From contig CBDETK010000013.1 of assembly GCA_965242865.1 (NCBI GenBank), positions 3,264,001 through 3,328,000 of the forward strand: 64,000 nt of DNA, in the 5' to 3' direction. How positions within the stretch are numbered: the first letter of the stretch is position 1; every line of letters starts with the position of its first letter. This DNA is from Candidatus Latescibacterota bacterium. GTDB taxonomy: Bacteria > Latescibacterota > UBA2968 > UBA8231. Shown piece by piece: positions 38,130 to 47,719 of this stretch. A model generated the notes under the pieces. It ran no database searches and had not been told where the DNA came from. It was given only the letters and a program-made list of their open reading frames with translations. The position numbers were made by a program, and so were the translations under genes.

Positions 38130-39632
38130 ATGTCAGATGATTTACGTAAATCGTTGAAAAACAATGAGTTACCCCCCCCCCCCGAAAAATTCGGTCCTGA
38201 GTTTCGGAGTCGCCTGCCCCAACTGCTGCTTGTGTCGGCCCTTGCGCTGGCGGCCTTCGCCTACGGCGGGCTCGTCGTCCACTACGAGCTATTCCCCTAC
38301 CCGGTCATCTCCGATGGCATAAAGACCTTGCAGACTCTGCACCATCTACATACAAGAAGAGAGCTCGCTAGACCCGCTTACTTCGCCGATGTGCCGCCGG
38401 AACGCGCAGTAGCCAACCGCTTCCAGTTCGTGGCCGGCGATGCCCTCAGCGGTCCGGTGCTGTGGCAAGGCGGACGCTACCAGTTCCTCGAGTATTGCCC
38501 CGACTGGGGATGCCTAGCGGTAGAGTACACCGCCACCGGCGAAGTCGCCCATGCCTACCCGTTCCGCAACGAGGAACTCGAACAGGCGGCAGTCGCTGCC
38601 CAGTCTGACGAATTCCCTCACGAACTATCCCCCGCCGCCTCTTTCACTAAGCATGTTGTAGTGATCGGCATATCGCGCTACGCCAATGGCGACCTGCTGG
38701 CGGTCTTTCACCAACTCCCAGGAGCGGCTTTCCCGTATGGTGCGGGCGTTGCGCGGATCGACCGCGACGGGCATCCGGTGTGGTTCCGGCGCGATTACAG
38801 CCATCACTGGCCGCATATCGAGGCCGACGGCGTCGCGCTGGTGCCCGGCGCGTTGATTGGCAGCGAGTCTATATCCTTTAAGCTAGGCCAAACATTACGA
38901 AAGTCCCTCACGCTCAAGTGCGGCACGAACCGGCCGTATCTCGACGCGATAGGCATGATCGATGGGAATGGACGGCTCTCAAAGCGCATCAACCTGCTCG
39001 ACGCTTTGCGCGATTCTCCCTTCGCGTACCTCATGTCATCCACCTCGGAGCCCCAACAGGCTAAAACTCCGTGCGACCCCCTTCACCTCAACTCCGTTCA
39101 CCGGCTTGGGGACGACGCTGGTGGTACGTGGGGCCTCGCGCCGGGTGACCTCGTGGCGTCCCTACGCAATCTAAGCGCATTTGCCATCCTCGATGGCGAG
39201 TCCGGGCGCGTCAAGCGGCTGGTCCGCGGGAGCTTCTTCTATCAACACAGCGTCCACCACCTCACGGGCGCGACCTTTCTGATGTTCGACAATTGCGGCC
39301 ACAATGGGACTCACGGCCCCTCGCGGCTGCTCATGATCGACCTTGCCGACGGCCGGGAGACGACTATCTTTCCCAACGCCCAGACGCCCGAACCCCTGCA
39401 AAACCTGTTCTCCCACCGCCAAGGCGTGGTCGACATCTCCCCCGACCGTCGCCGGGCGATAGTCTCCTTCTCCGCTGAGGGCGTGGCTGTCGAGGTGCGC
39501 CTCGCCGATGGCGCGGTGCTGAACGCCTTCCATTCCCTGCACGATGTGTCGAACTTGGAGCAGTTCCCCCAAGAGCGGCAGCAACGAGCCGCCAGATTCA
39601 GAATGAGAGGACTTTACTACATCCGCAATTGA
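38130..39632 (+). CDS. Arylsulfotransferase-like (ASST) beta-propeller protein, paralog 1
   Basis: N-terminal TM; YSHHW, DPLHLNSV, SLRNLS, YQH, MFDN. Confidence 0.7.
   Translation: MSDDLRKSLKNNELPPPPEKFGPEFRSRLPQLLLVSALALAAFAYGGLVVHYELFPYPVISDGIKTLQTLHHLHTRRELARPAYFADVPPERAVANRFQFVAGDALSGPVLWQGGRYQFLEYCPDWGCLAVEYTATGEVAHAYPFRNEELEQAAVAAQSDEFPHELSPAASFTKHVVVIGISRYANGDLLAVFHQLPGAAFPYGAGVARIDRDGHPVWFRRDYSHHWPHIEADGVALVPGALIGSESISFKLGQTLRKSLTLKCGTNRPYLDAIGMIDGNGRLSKRINLLDALRDSPFAYLMSSTSEPQQAKTPCDPLHLNSVHRLGDDAGGTWGLAPGDLVASLRNLSAFAILDGESGRVKRLVRGSFFYQHSVHHLTGATFLMFDNCGHNGTHGPSRLLMIDLADGRETTIFPNAQTPEPLQNLFSHRQGVVDISPDRRRAIVSFSAEGVAVEVRLADGAVLNAFHSLHDVSNLEQFPQERQQRAARFRMRGLYYIRN
38172..38183 (+). 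repeat. Poly-C12 tract in 5' coding region
   Basis: 12 consecutive C encoding PPPP; segment absent from paralog 2. Confidence 0.9.
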
Positions 39633-39646
39633 GGACAATAATGTTA

Positions 39647-40414
39647 ACGTGAGTTCGGGTTAAGGTGAGGGTCTCCTTTTTGGCTAAACTTTAGGTATAA
39701 CCCCTATACCCCTTAGCCATCCGGGAGCCCTCCCGATGAATTGAGTTGAACTGTTTTGCCCTGTCGATGATTTTTGCCCAGGCTTTGAGCCCTCGTGGAT
39801 ACGCACCCCATTCACGGCGGGGCGTCGTCAGCGTCGGCGTGCCGGTCCCCTCTGTTTGAGCGAGATTATGACCTTGTTGATTTGGTTTCACCCGTCCCAG
39901 TATCGCACGTTCAAGGCGTTCTACCAGCAGCAGGTCTGTCGGCCTCTACGCGGGGCGTTTCCGGGGTTAGTCCGCTACGGGCGTTTTGTCGAGCTAATGC
40001 CTTCAGATCTTATTCCGTTAGGCGTCTATCTGCGTCCATGCCAAGGCTCCTGCACCGGGATTTCGTTTATCGACTCCACCCCGTTAGCGGTCTGTGCGGC
40101 AGCGCGCAAGCCCCAGCACCGCCTGTTTGCCGGCCTTGCCCAATGGGGCAAACGCTCGACCGGGTGGTTTTTCGGCTTCAAGCTCCATCTAGTCTGCAAT
40201 GATCGGGGGCAAGTGCTCCGCTGGGGGCTGACCCCCGGCAACGTCGATGACCGCCAACCCGTCGCCGGCCTGGTGCGCGACCTGTTTGGCACGTTGGTCG
40301 CCGACCGAGGGTATCTTTCCAGCACGCTAGGCCACCAACTGAACGCACAGAGTGCCCTCCGCTTGAAAACCAACAGGCCCAGCCAATCAGAGGCCGGTTA
40401 ACCCGAACTCACGT
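39647..40414 (+). mobile_element. IS982-family element, internally deleted (768 bp)
   Basis: Perfect 17-bp TIRs ACGTGAGTTCGGGTTAA (39647-39663, 40398-40414); 8-bp TSD TAATGTTA (39639-39646, 40415-40422). Confidence 0.93.
39736..40401 (+). pseudogene. IS982 DDE transposase pseudogene
   Basis: ATG AAT TGA stop at codon 3; LFCPVDDFC, SEIMT, DSTPL, GWFFGFKLH, ADRGY; C-terminal catalytic E region missing. Confidence 0.9.
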
Positions 40415-40416
40415 TA

Positions 40417-41862
40417 ATGTTAGATAATTTACGTAACTCTCGGAACTGCCTGCCCCAACTGCTGTTTGTGTCGGCCCTTGTGCTGGCGGTCTTCATCTAC
40501 GGCGGCCTTGCCGGACGCTCCAAGCTATTTCCCTTCCCGGTCATCTTCGATGGCATAAAGACCTTGCGGACGCTGCACAAGGTATATTATGAGACGGATG
40601 ACGGCAGCTTCTCACACTTCGCCGATGTGCCGCCGGAACGTGCGGTAGCCAACCGCTTCCAGTTCATGGAAGGCGATTCCCTCAGCGGTCCGGTGCTGTG
40701 GCAGGGCGGACGCCACCAGTTCCTCGAGTATTGCCCCGACGGAGGGTGCTTAGCGGTCGAGTACACCGCCACCGGCGAAGTCGCCCATGCCTACCCGCTT
40801 CGCCTCAATGAACTCGAACAGGCGGCAGACGCTGCCCACTCCGACGAATTCCCCTACGAGGTATCCCCCGCCGCCTCTTTCGCTAGGGATATTAATGTGG
40901 TAGGCATATCGCGATACGCCAATGGCGACCTGCTGGTGGTCTTTCACCATGACGCTGCTTTTCCGTATGGTGCTGGCGTTGCGCGGATCGACCGCGACGG
41001 GCATCCGGTGTGGTTCCGGCGCGATTACAGCCATCACTGGCCGCATATCGAGGCCGACGGCGTCGCGCTGGTGCCCGGCGCGTTGGTTGGCCGCGAGTCC
41101 ATATCCTTTAAGCGAGGCCCAAGATTACAAAAGACCCTCGCGCTCAAGTGCGACACGAACCGACCGTATCTCGACGCGATAAACATGATCGACGGGAATG
41201 GACAGCTCCTAAAGCGCATCAACCTCCTCGACGCTTTGCACCATTCGCCATTTGCGTACCTCATGCAATCCACCTCGAATCCCGTTATACGTGACGTTCT
41301 GTGCGACCCCCTTCACCTCAACTTCATTCACCGACTTGGGGCCGACGCCGGCGGTACGTGGGGCATCGCACCGGGTAACCTCGTGGCGTCCCTGCGCAAT
41401 CTAAGCGCATTCGCTATCCTCGATGGCGAGTCCGGGCGCGTCAAGCGGCTGGTTCGGGGCAGCTTCTTCTATCAACACAGCGTCCACCACCTAACGGGCG
41501 CGACCTTTCTGATGTTCGACAATCACGGTCACGATGGGACTCACGGCCCCTCGCGGCTGCTCATGATCGACCTCGCCGATGGCCGGGAGACGACTCTCTT
41601 TCCCAACGACCAGACGCCCGAACCCCTGCGGAACCTGTTCTCCAAGGCCCAAGGCGCAATCGACATCTCCCCTGACCGCCGCCGAGGGATCGTCGCATTC
41701 TCCCGGGAGGGCGTGGCCGTAGAGGTGCGCCTCGCCGACGGCGCGGTGCTGAACGTCTTCCATTCCCTGCACGATGTGTCAAATTTGGAGCAGTTCCCCC
41801 AAGAGCGGCAGCAACGAGCCGCTAGATTCAGAATGAGAGGGCTTTACTACATCCGCAATTGA
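40417..41862 (+). CDS. Arylsulfotransferase-like protein, paralog 2
   Basis: High similarity to 38130-39632 with identical C-terminus; ATG lies in the TSD. Confidence 0.7.
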   Translation: MLDNLRNSRNCLPQLLFVSALVLAVFIYGGLAGRSKLFPFPVIFDGIKTLRTLHKVYYETDDGSFSHFADVPPERAVANRFQFMEGDSLSGPVLWQGGRHQFLEYCPDGGCLAVEYTATGEVAHAYPLRLNELEQAADAAHSDEFPYEVSPAASFARDINVVGISRYANGDLLVVFHHDAAFPYGAGVARIDRDGHPVWFRRDYSHHWPHIEADGVALVPGALVGRESISFKRGPRLQKTLALKCDTNRPYLDAINMIDGNGQLLKRINLLDALHHSPFAYLMQSTSNPVIRDVLCDPLHLNFIHRLGADAGGTWGIAPGNLVASLRNLSAFAILDGESGRVKRLVRGSFFYQHSVHHLTGATFLMFDNHGHDGTHGPSRLLMIDLADGRETTLFPNDQTPEPLRNLFSKAQGAIDISPDRRRGIVAFSREGVAVEVRLADGAVLNVFHSLHDVSNLEQFPQERQQRAARFRMRGLYYIRN

Positions 41863-41949
41863 GGAGGAGCGAGGCGATGAGCGAGGAAGGCAGCGTCATG
41901 GCATACGGAGCGGCCTTGGCGTCCATTAAAAGCTCCCCCGAAACACCCC

Positions 41950-44346
41950 TCACTCCAACATCGTCTGCACGACCATGCGCGTTCCGTCGATCCGCACTTG
42001 GACCGCGCCGGTGTGGTCGGTGCGCAAAACCTGCGCCCCGTGCGCTGCGTAGCGTGCGACGACCTCGGGGGCCGGGTGCTTGAACTTGTTGCCCGCCCCC
42101 AGCGACATCACCGCCACGGCGGGCGCGACCGCCTCGACAAAAAGCGGCTGCGACGAAGTGCGCGAGCCGTGGTGAGCCACCTTGAGCAAACGCGCCGGCA
42201 GCCGCGCTCCCCAAGCGAGGATCGCCGGATCGGTCTCCTGCTCTATGTCGCCGGTGAAGAGGACCCGCACGGCTCCGTGCTGCAAGCTAAGGACCACGGA
42301 GCCGTTGTTGGGGCCAAAAGGGGCGTTGCCGTCTGCATCGACGAAGTCCGGGGTCGGATGCAGGACCAGCCCGGCGACCCCGTCCAAGCCCGCCAAGCTG
42401 TCGCCGGCCGCGACCCGGTGGTAGCGGACGCCCCGCTCGGCAATGAGTTGCTGCAAACGCCGCGCCGTCCACGAGTCATAGACTTGTCCGCTGTCGAGAA
42501 AGTGCTCGACTTCTAGGTGCTCCAGCAGGGCTACTAGTCCGCCGATGTGGTCGTTGTGCGGATGCGAGGCCACGACCACATTGACCCGCTGGACGCCCAG
42601 AGAGCGCAAGAAAGGCACCAGCACCTGTTCGCCGTAGTCGAAGTATTCGCTGCGCTCGCCGCCATCGACGACCATGGTTTTGCCGCCGGGGAAGCGCACA
42701 AACGCTGCGTCGCCTTGGCCCACGTCCAAAAAGACTATTTCCAAGTCGCGGGCGCGGAGCGCGTGCGTCCACACCGCGACATTGAGCCAGACGAGCGCGG
42801 CGAAAAGGGCCGCCTTGCGCGCCCACGCCTTGTGGGGCAGGAGGGGGCCGAGCAGGCAGAGCGCGGCGGCCACGGCGACGAAAAGCACCCCCGGGCGCGG
42901 CACGGCCATCGACGCAAAGGGCAGCGCGGCCCACCACGAGACCAATTCGAGCAGCCCCACGAGGACTAGGTAATTGGCGGCGTTGAACGCGGTGGCGACC
43001 CACGGCAAAATCCAACCCGTCAACGCGGCCAGCAGCCCCAAGCCCACCGCGAGGGCCAAGAGCGGCACGACCACTATGTTGGCCACCACGCCCGTCAGCG
43101 CGAGCTGCTGAAAGGAATAGGCGATTAAAGGGCCGGTGCCGAGCTGGGCCGCCAGCGAGGCGCACAGCGGGCTGACGATCCAGCGCCCCACCCGGCTATC
43201 GGCGCGTTGAAAGGCGGCGGGGAAAAGCGAGGCTATCGGCCCGTGCAAGGCGACTATGGCCCACGTCGCGCCAAAGGAGAGCTGGAAGCTCAGGCTCCAC
43301 GGACTCTCCGGCCATAAGACCAAGATCGCTAGTGCCGCGAGTCCAAGGGTGTTGTAGATGTCGCCCTGCCGCTGGAGCACCCGTCCCAACAGCACCACCG
43401 CCCCCATCAGCACCGCCCGCACCACGGGCACCTGCGCCCCGGTGGCGAGGGCATAGAGCGCGAGCGCGACGATGGTTGCCGCGGAACTGGGGCGGTCGGC
43501 GAGTCGCAGGAGCCGGAACCCGAAGAAGAAGAACCCGCCCACCATGCCGACGTGGAGGCCGCTGACCACGAGCGCGTGCGCCAGCCCGACGCGGCGAAAC
43601 TCCGCCCGCACTTCCGCGGAAATGCGCCGTCTCTCTCCCAAGAGGACGCCCAACAACAGGTCGGCGGGTGCTCCAGCGAGGTTGCGCTCAATGCTCTGGC
43701 GCACGGCGCGTCTGAGGGGCAGCACCACGCCCTCGTACAGCCAGTGCCCGGGCAAACGCTCCACGGCGACGATCTGTTCGGGTTTGCCGACGAAGAGCGT
43801 GCCGTAGATGTCCTGCTGGGCCAAAAAGGCGCGGTAGTCGAAGCCGCTTGGATTGCGGGCGCGGCGGGGCCTTTGCAACTTCCCGCGCAGGGACACGCGG
43901 TCGCCGTAATCGGCCGGCCAGTGCGCGTCTTGTACCGTAACTAGCACTCGCCCTGCCAAGTGGTAGATGGCGCTGTCGGTGGCCACGTGTTCCAGCTCGA
44001 TGGCAAAGTGCATTCGCTCGTCGCTGCGCTCCGGCTCTTGGACGATGTGCCCGGTGACCACGCCGCGCTTGCCAAAGACTTCGAGCGCGCCCCAGTGTGG
44101 CAAAGGGGACAGGGCTGTGTCGATGTGGTAACGCAGCGCACCCAGCAGGACGACCACCACCCACAGCATCCAACCGGCCCAACGCGCCTTGCAGTAGAAC
44201 CCGGCGACCGCGCTGAGAAAGGCCAACCCGCTTAGGGCCGCGACTGTGCCCCAGCCCATTTCCACCGCTCGCCCGAGGAAAATGCCGATTCCGAATCCGA
44301 GGGCCGTCCACAGCGCCGGCCGCCGCGTCTTTTTGCTCGTGGACAT
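41950..44346 (-). CDS. comEC: DNA uptake competence protein ComEC/Rec2
   Basis: RNPSGFDY, HALVVSGLH, SFQLSF, DVGQGDA, SHPHNDHIGG, HHGSRTSS, GNKFKHP. Confidence 0.95.
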   Translation of the reverse strand: MSTSKKTRRPALWTALGFGIGIFLGRAVEMGWGTVAALSGLAFLSAVAGFYCKARWAGWMLWVVVVLLGALRYHIDTALSPLPHWGALEVFGKRGVVTGHIVQEPERSDERMHFAIELEHVATDSAIYHLAGRVLVTVQDAHWPADYGDRVSLRGKLQRPRRARNPSGFDYRAFLAQQDIYGTLFVGKPEQIVAVERLPGHWLYEGVVLPLRRAVRQSIERNLAGAPADLLLGVLLGERRRISAEVRAEFRRVGLAHALVVSGLHVGMVGGFFFFGFRLLRLADRPSSAATIVALALYALATGAQVPVVRAVLMGAVVLLGRVLQRQGDIYNTLGLAALAILVLWPESPWSLSFQLSFGATWAIVALHGPIASLFPAAFQRADSRVGRWIVSPLCASLAAQLGTGPLIAYSFQQLALTGVVANIVVVPLLALAVGLGLLAALTGWILPWVATAFNAANYLVLVGLLELVSWWAALPFASMAVPRPGVLFVAVAAALCLLGPLLPHKAWARKAALFAALVWLNVAVWTHALRARDLEIVFLDVGQGDAAFVRFPGGKTMVVDGGERSEYFDYGEQVLVPFLRSLGVQRVNVVVASHPHNDHIGGLVALLEHLEVEHFLDSGQVYDSWTARRLQQLIAERGVRYHRVAAGDSLAGLDGVAGLVLHPTPDFVDADGNAPFGPNNGSVVLSLQHGAVRVLFTGDIEQETDPAILAWGARLPARLLKVAHHGSRTSSQPLFVEAVAPAVAVMSLGAGNKFKHPAPEVVARYAAHGAQVLRTDHTGAVQVRIDGTRMVVQTMLE

Positions 44347-44437
44347 GATATAGTCCAACGGCAAAAATCGTTCCAACTCGACAGGCGTTGGCGAGTGTGT
44401 ATGTTAAAGTGAGGACAATTTGCTGAAGGAAGGTTTG

Positions 44438-44749
44438 ATGACTGCTCCCACCCCGCTGCTCCGCGGCAAGGACCTCCGCTACTTGCGCGGCTTAGGCAAC
44501 GCGCTGCGCCCGACCGTGTATTTGGGCAAAGAGGGCCTTTCCGCGGCCGTCATCCGCTCGCTCGAGCAAGCCTACGCCAACAGCGAGTTGGTCAAGGTGC
44601 GCTGCGAGCGCAACATCCCTCTCGACCGCGGCCAAGCCGGCGAGCAGCTTGCCGCTGCTACTCAGTCACACCTCGTGCAGGTCTTGGGCAACACCCTGCT
44701 CCTCTACCGCCCCGACCCCGACGACCCCCAAATAGTACTGCCCGCATAG
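44438..44749 (+). CDS. yhbY: YhbY/CRM RNA-binding protein
   Basis: LRPTVYLGKEGL..ELVKV..VQVLGNTLLLYR. Confidence 0.88.
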   Translation: MTAPTPLLRGKDLRYLRGLGNALRPTVYLGKEGLSAAVIRSLEQAYANSELVKVRCERNIPLDRGQAGEQLAAATQSHLVQVLGNTLLLYRPDPDDPQIVLPA

Positions 44750-44759
44750 AGTCCATTTC

Positions 44760-45695
44760 TCATCGCTTCCACGCCTCGGCAAAAAGGCCGAGGGAGCCGG
44801 GCGCGTACCCGGCGTAGTGGTTGTTGAAAAACACGTACACGGGCCGCTCCGACGCAGCCTCGGCCAGCTCGCGCACCTGCCGCGCCCAGTGCTGGGTCTC
44901 GGCGGCGCGGTCCCAGACGAGGCGGTCCCAATGCCGCTCCTGCTCGCCGCGGCGAATCCGCTCCTCAACGTAAGCGTCCATCTTTTTGCGGTTGCCCAAA
45001 AAGCGCACGTAGAGGAAGTTGGCCGTCAGTGGATCGACCCGCCCGACGGTGTCCGCCAAGCTCGGCATGGTGTAGTAGTTGTTCAGCACCAGCGCCACGC
45101 CGTGTTCGCGCAGTACGTCCAACAGTTCCGTGCGCAGCCAGCTCCCGTTGCGCACCTCCACCGCAAAGTGGAACTCACCTGTAGGCAGTTGCGGCAAAAA
45201 GGCCGCTAGACGCTCGGTAAACGCGCTGCCGTACTCGTTTTCGTGCGCGTCTTGGCCGCGGGCAATGTATGGAAACTGCATCAGCAGAGGCCCCAACCGC
45301 TCGCCCAACGGAGCCATCGCCTCGAGAAAGACTTCCATCTCCCCCATGCAATCGACGAGCATTTTCTCGTGGCTGATCACGCGGGGAACTTTGGCGGTAA
45401 AGCGAAAGTGCGGCGGCGTCCGCCGCAGCCATCCCGCGATCGCTTTGGGCGTCGGCACCCGGTACCAGGTCGAGTCGATCTCCACACTCCTGAAGACCTT
45501 GGCATAGTGCTCGATATAATCGGCCGCGGCGCAACCTGCTGGGTAAATCAGCCCTTCCCAATCCGCATTCGACCAACTCGTCGTGCCCAAAAAAAGCTGC
45601 GCCGGCAGCCCCTCCTGCACCTGCTGCATCCGCTCGGCGTGGCACGGCTTGGCCGGCGGCATGATCCGAGAAAAAAGGTCCTGTTGTTCTCCCAC
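44760..45695 (-). CDS. DUF72 family protein
   Basis: GTTSW, VEIDSTWY, KVPRVISH, LGPLLMQFP, EVRN, FNNHYAG. Confidence 0.9.
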   Translation of the reverse strand: MGEQQDLFSRIMPPAKPCHAERMQQVQEGLPAQLFLGTTSWSNADWEGLIYPAGCAAADYIEHYAKVFRSVEIDSTWYRVPTPKAIAGWLRRTPPHFRFTAKVPRVISHEKMLVDCMGEMEVFLEAMAPLGERLGPLLMQFPYIARGQDAHENEYGSAFTERLAAFLPQLPTGEFHFAVEVRNGSWLRTELLDVLREHGVALVLNNYYTMPSLADTVGRVDPLTANFLYVRFLGNRKKMDAYVEERIRRGEQERHWDRLVWDRAAETQHWARQVRELAEAASERPVYVFFNNHYAGYAPGSLGLFAEAWKR

Positions 45696-45767
45696 TGCTC
45701 ACTCCACAAAAAAGAGGGCGCGGCTCCAACCGCACCCTCGCAATTCCGGCAAATGTTCCTGCGGGCA

Positions 45768-47333
45768 CTACACTTTCTCCCGCACCATCTTCACCACCTG
45801 CTCCCGCCCCACTAGCTGCACCAGCGACCCAAATCGCGGCCCCCGCTCCTGCCCCAGCACCACCTCGTAAAACATCCGAAACAGCAACTTGGGAGGGACC
45901 CCAGCCTCGCGGGCCAAGTCGAACGGAATGGCCTGTAGCTCCTCCTCGGTGGCCCCGTTGGCCGCGAGCAGCCGCTCGGCCAACTGCTCTAGCAGCACCC
46001 GCTCCGAGTCCGTAGATGGCCGAAAATTCTTGTTCGGCAGCACCACGTCGCGGTAGTAGTTAAGCCCCTTCGCCACCAACGCCTGGGTCACCTGTGGGTA
46101 CGCCGCCGCCTGCGCGTCGTAGCGCACCAGATAGTTGCCCAACACCTCAACCGAATCCACGCCCAAGGCCGCGATCAGATTGTTGACCGTTGAGAAGTTG
46201 ACCCGGGACGCGTACTCGGGCACGACGGCACCGCGGTCGCCGAGGTGCCACAGGGCCTGCTCGGGGCGCGCGGCCTCCGCCACTTCGGGATAGTGCCGCA
46301 GCGCGTCGAGATAATCGTCCACGCACTTGGGGACGATATCCCAGTGCAGCCGCTTGGCCCGCTTGGGATTTTGAAAGAGGAAAAAGAGCAGGGATTCTAT
46401 CGGCGCGTACTTCTTCCACGCATCCACTGTCACCCCCATGCGGCCGGCGCTACTGGCCAACCCGCGGCCTTCCTCGTCGAGAAAAAACTCGTAGCACAAG
46501 CCGACTGGCGGCTGCTTGCCCATCAGGCGCACGATGCGAGCGGACTGGCGCACCGAGTCAATGAGGTCTTTGCCGTACATTTCGTAATCGACCTCGTAGG
46601 CGTACCAGCGCAAGGCCCAGTCCACTTTCCAGCCCACCTTGGCGTTGCCGCCGAGCACGGACTGCTCGCCGCGCTCGCCGCACCCGGTGTAGGGGCCGGT
46701 ATGGAGGCAGGCGAAGCTCACGCTGCCCCGGCTGGGATGGTAGGCCGTGACCCGCGTGGCCATGATCGAGCCACAGGTGGGACAAATCGGGAAGAAGGGT
46801 GACCAGTGCTGGCGATTTTGCTCCCGCAGGGTGGGCACGATGAGCTGGCGGACCTCCTCGGCTTTATCGAGGAGCACCGCAAGCCCTTCGTCGAAGTCGC
46901 CGCGCACGTAAGCGGCCCGCGAGCTTTGGAACTCGTAGTCGAAGCCGGAGGCGTCGAAAAACTCGCACAGCTTGGCGTTCATGTGGTCACTGAAACTCGC
47001 ATAGCAACCAAAGGGATCGGGAACGGCGTGTAGGGGTTTGCCGAGGTGGGCGGCGAGCATGTCCGGCTGCGGCAAGTTGCCGGGCACCTTGCGCAGGCCA
47101 TCCATGTCGTCGCTGAAGCAGAGGAGGCGGGTTTTTGCTTCGTAGAGGTATTCGTACGCGTTGCGCACCCAAGAGGTGCGGACGCCTTCTGAAAAGTGCC
47201 CTAAATGGGGAAAACCGCTGGGGCCAAAGCCGGTTTCAAACAGCACCGGCCGGTCTCCGCTGGGCCGGCGTCGCTGGGCGATTTGTGCCGCCTCTTGGAA
47301 GGGCCAAGCCCGGTGCGTACTGGTCTTCTCCAT
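45768..47333 (-). CDS. lysS: Lysine--tRNA ligase, class I
   Basis: WPFQEA, TGFGPSGFPHLGH, DDMDGLRKVP, WKVDWALRW, YEMYGKDL, GQERGPRFG. Confidence 0.9.
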   Translation of the reverse strand: MEKTSTHRAWPFQEAAQIAQRRRPSGDRPVLFETGFGPSGFPHLGHFSEGVRTSWVRNAYEYLYEAKTRLLCFSDDMDGLRKVPGNLPQPDMLAAHLGKPLHAVPDPFGCYASFSDHMNAKLCEFFDASGFDYEFQSSRAAYVRGDFDEGLAVLLDKAEEVRQLIVPTLREQNRQHWSPFFPICPTCGSIMATRVTAYHPSRGSVSFACLHTGPYTGCGERGEQSVLGGNAKVGWKVDWALRWYAYEVDYEMYGKDLIDSVRQSARIVRLMGKQPPVGLCYEFFLDEEGRGLASSAGRMGVTVDAWKKYAPIESLLFFLFQNPKRAKRLHWDIVPKCVDDYLDALRHYPEVAEAARPEQALWHLGDRGAVVPEYASRVNFSTVNNLIAALGVDSVEVLGNYLVRYDAQAAAYPQVTQALVAKGLNYYRDVVLPNKNFRPSTDSERVLLEQLAERLLAANGATEEELQAIPFDLAREAGVPPKLLFRMFYEVVLGQERGPRFGSLVQLVGREQVVKMVREKV

Positions 47334-47375
47334 GGAACTCGGGGTCAGGACAGCACTTGGGGGTCTTGCGGCGTC

Positions 47376-47594
47376 TCAGCGATTGCGGAAGGTAATGCGT
47401 CCGCGGCTCAAATCATAGGGCGAAAGAGCCACGGTGACTTGATCGCCGGGCAGTACGCGAATGTAGTATTTGCGCATCTTGCCGGAGATATGGGCCATAA
47501 TCTCGTGACTATTTTCCATCTCGCACTTAAAGTAGCCGTTGGGCAGTGCCTCTTTAACTACTGCTTGGACTTCGATTGCTTCTTCTTTGGCCAT
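47376..47594 (-). CDS. infA: Translation initiation factor IF-1
   Basis: [37 protein letters not shown]. Confidence 0.98.
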   Translation of the reverse strand: MAKEEAIEVQAVVKEALPNGYFKCEMENSHEIMAHISGKMRKYYIRVLPGDQVTVALSPYDLSRGRITFRNR

Positions 47595-47719
47595 GGCTCT
47601 CGCCTAAAGGGGATGAGATAATGGCAGCGTTTTCACGCGCCACGGGAACGGGAAAATCAGCCGCTGAAGCGGCTTGCAAAAAGCGTAGATTGTACGCGTT
47701 CACCGAGCAAAAGTCAAAC

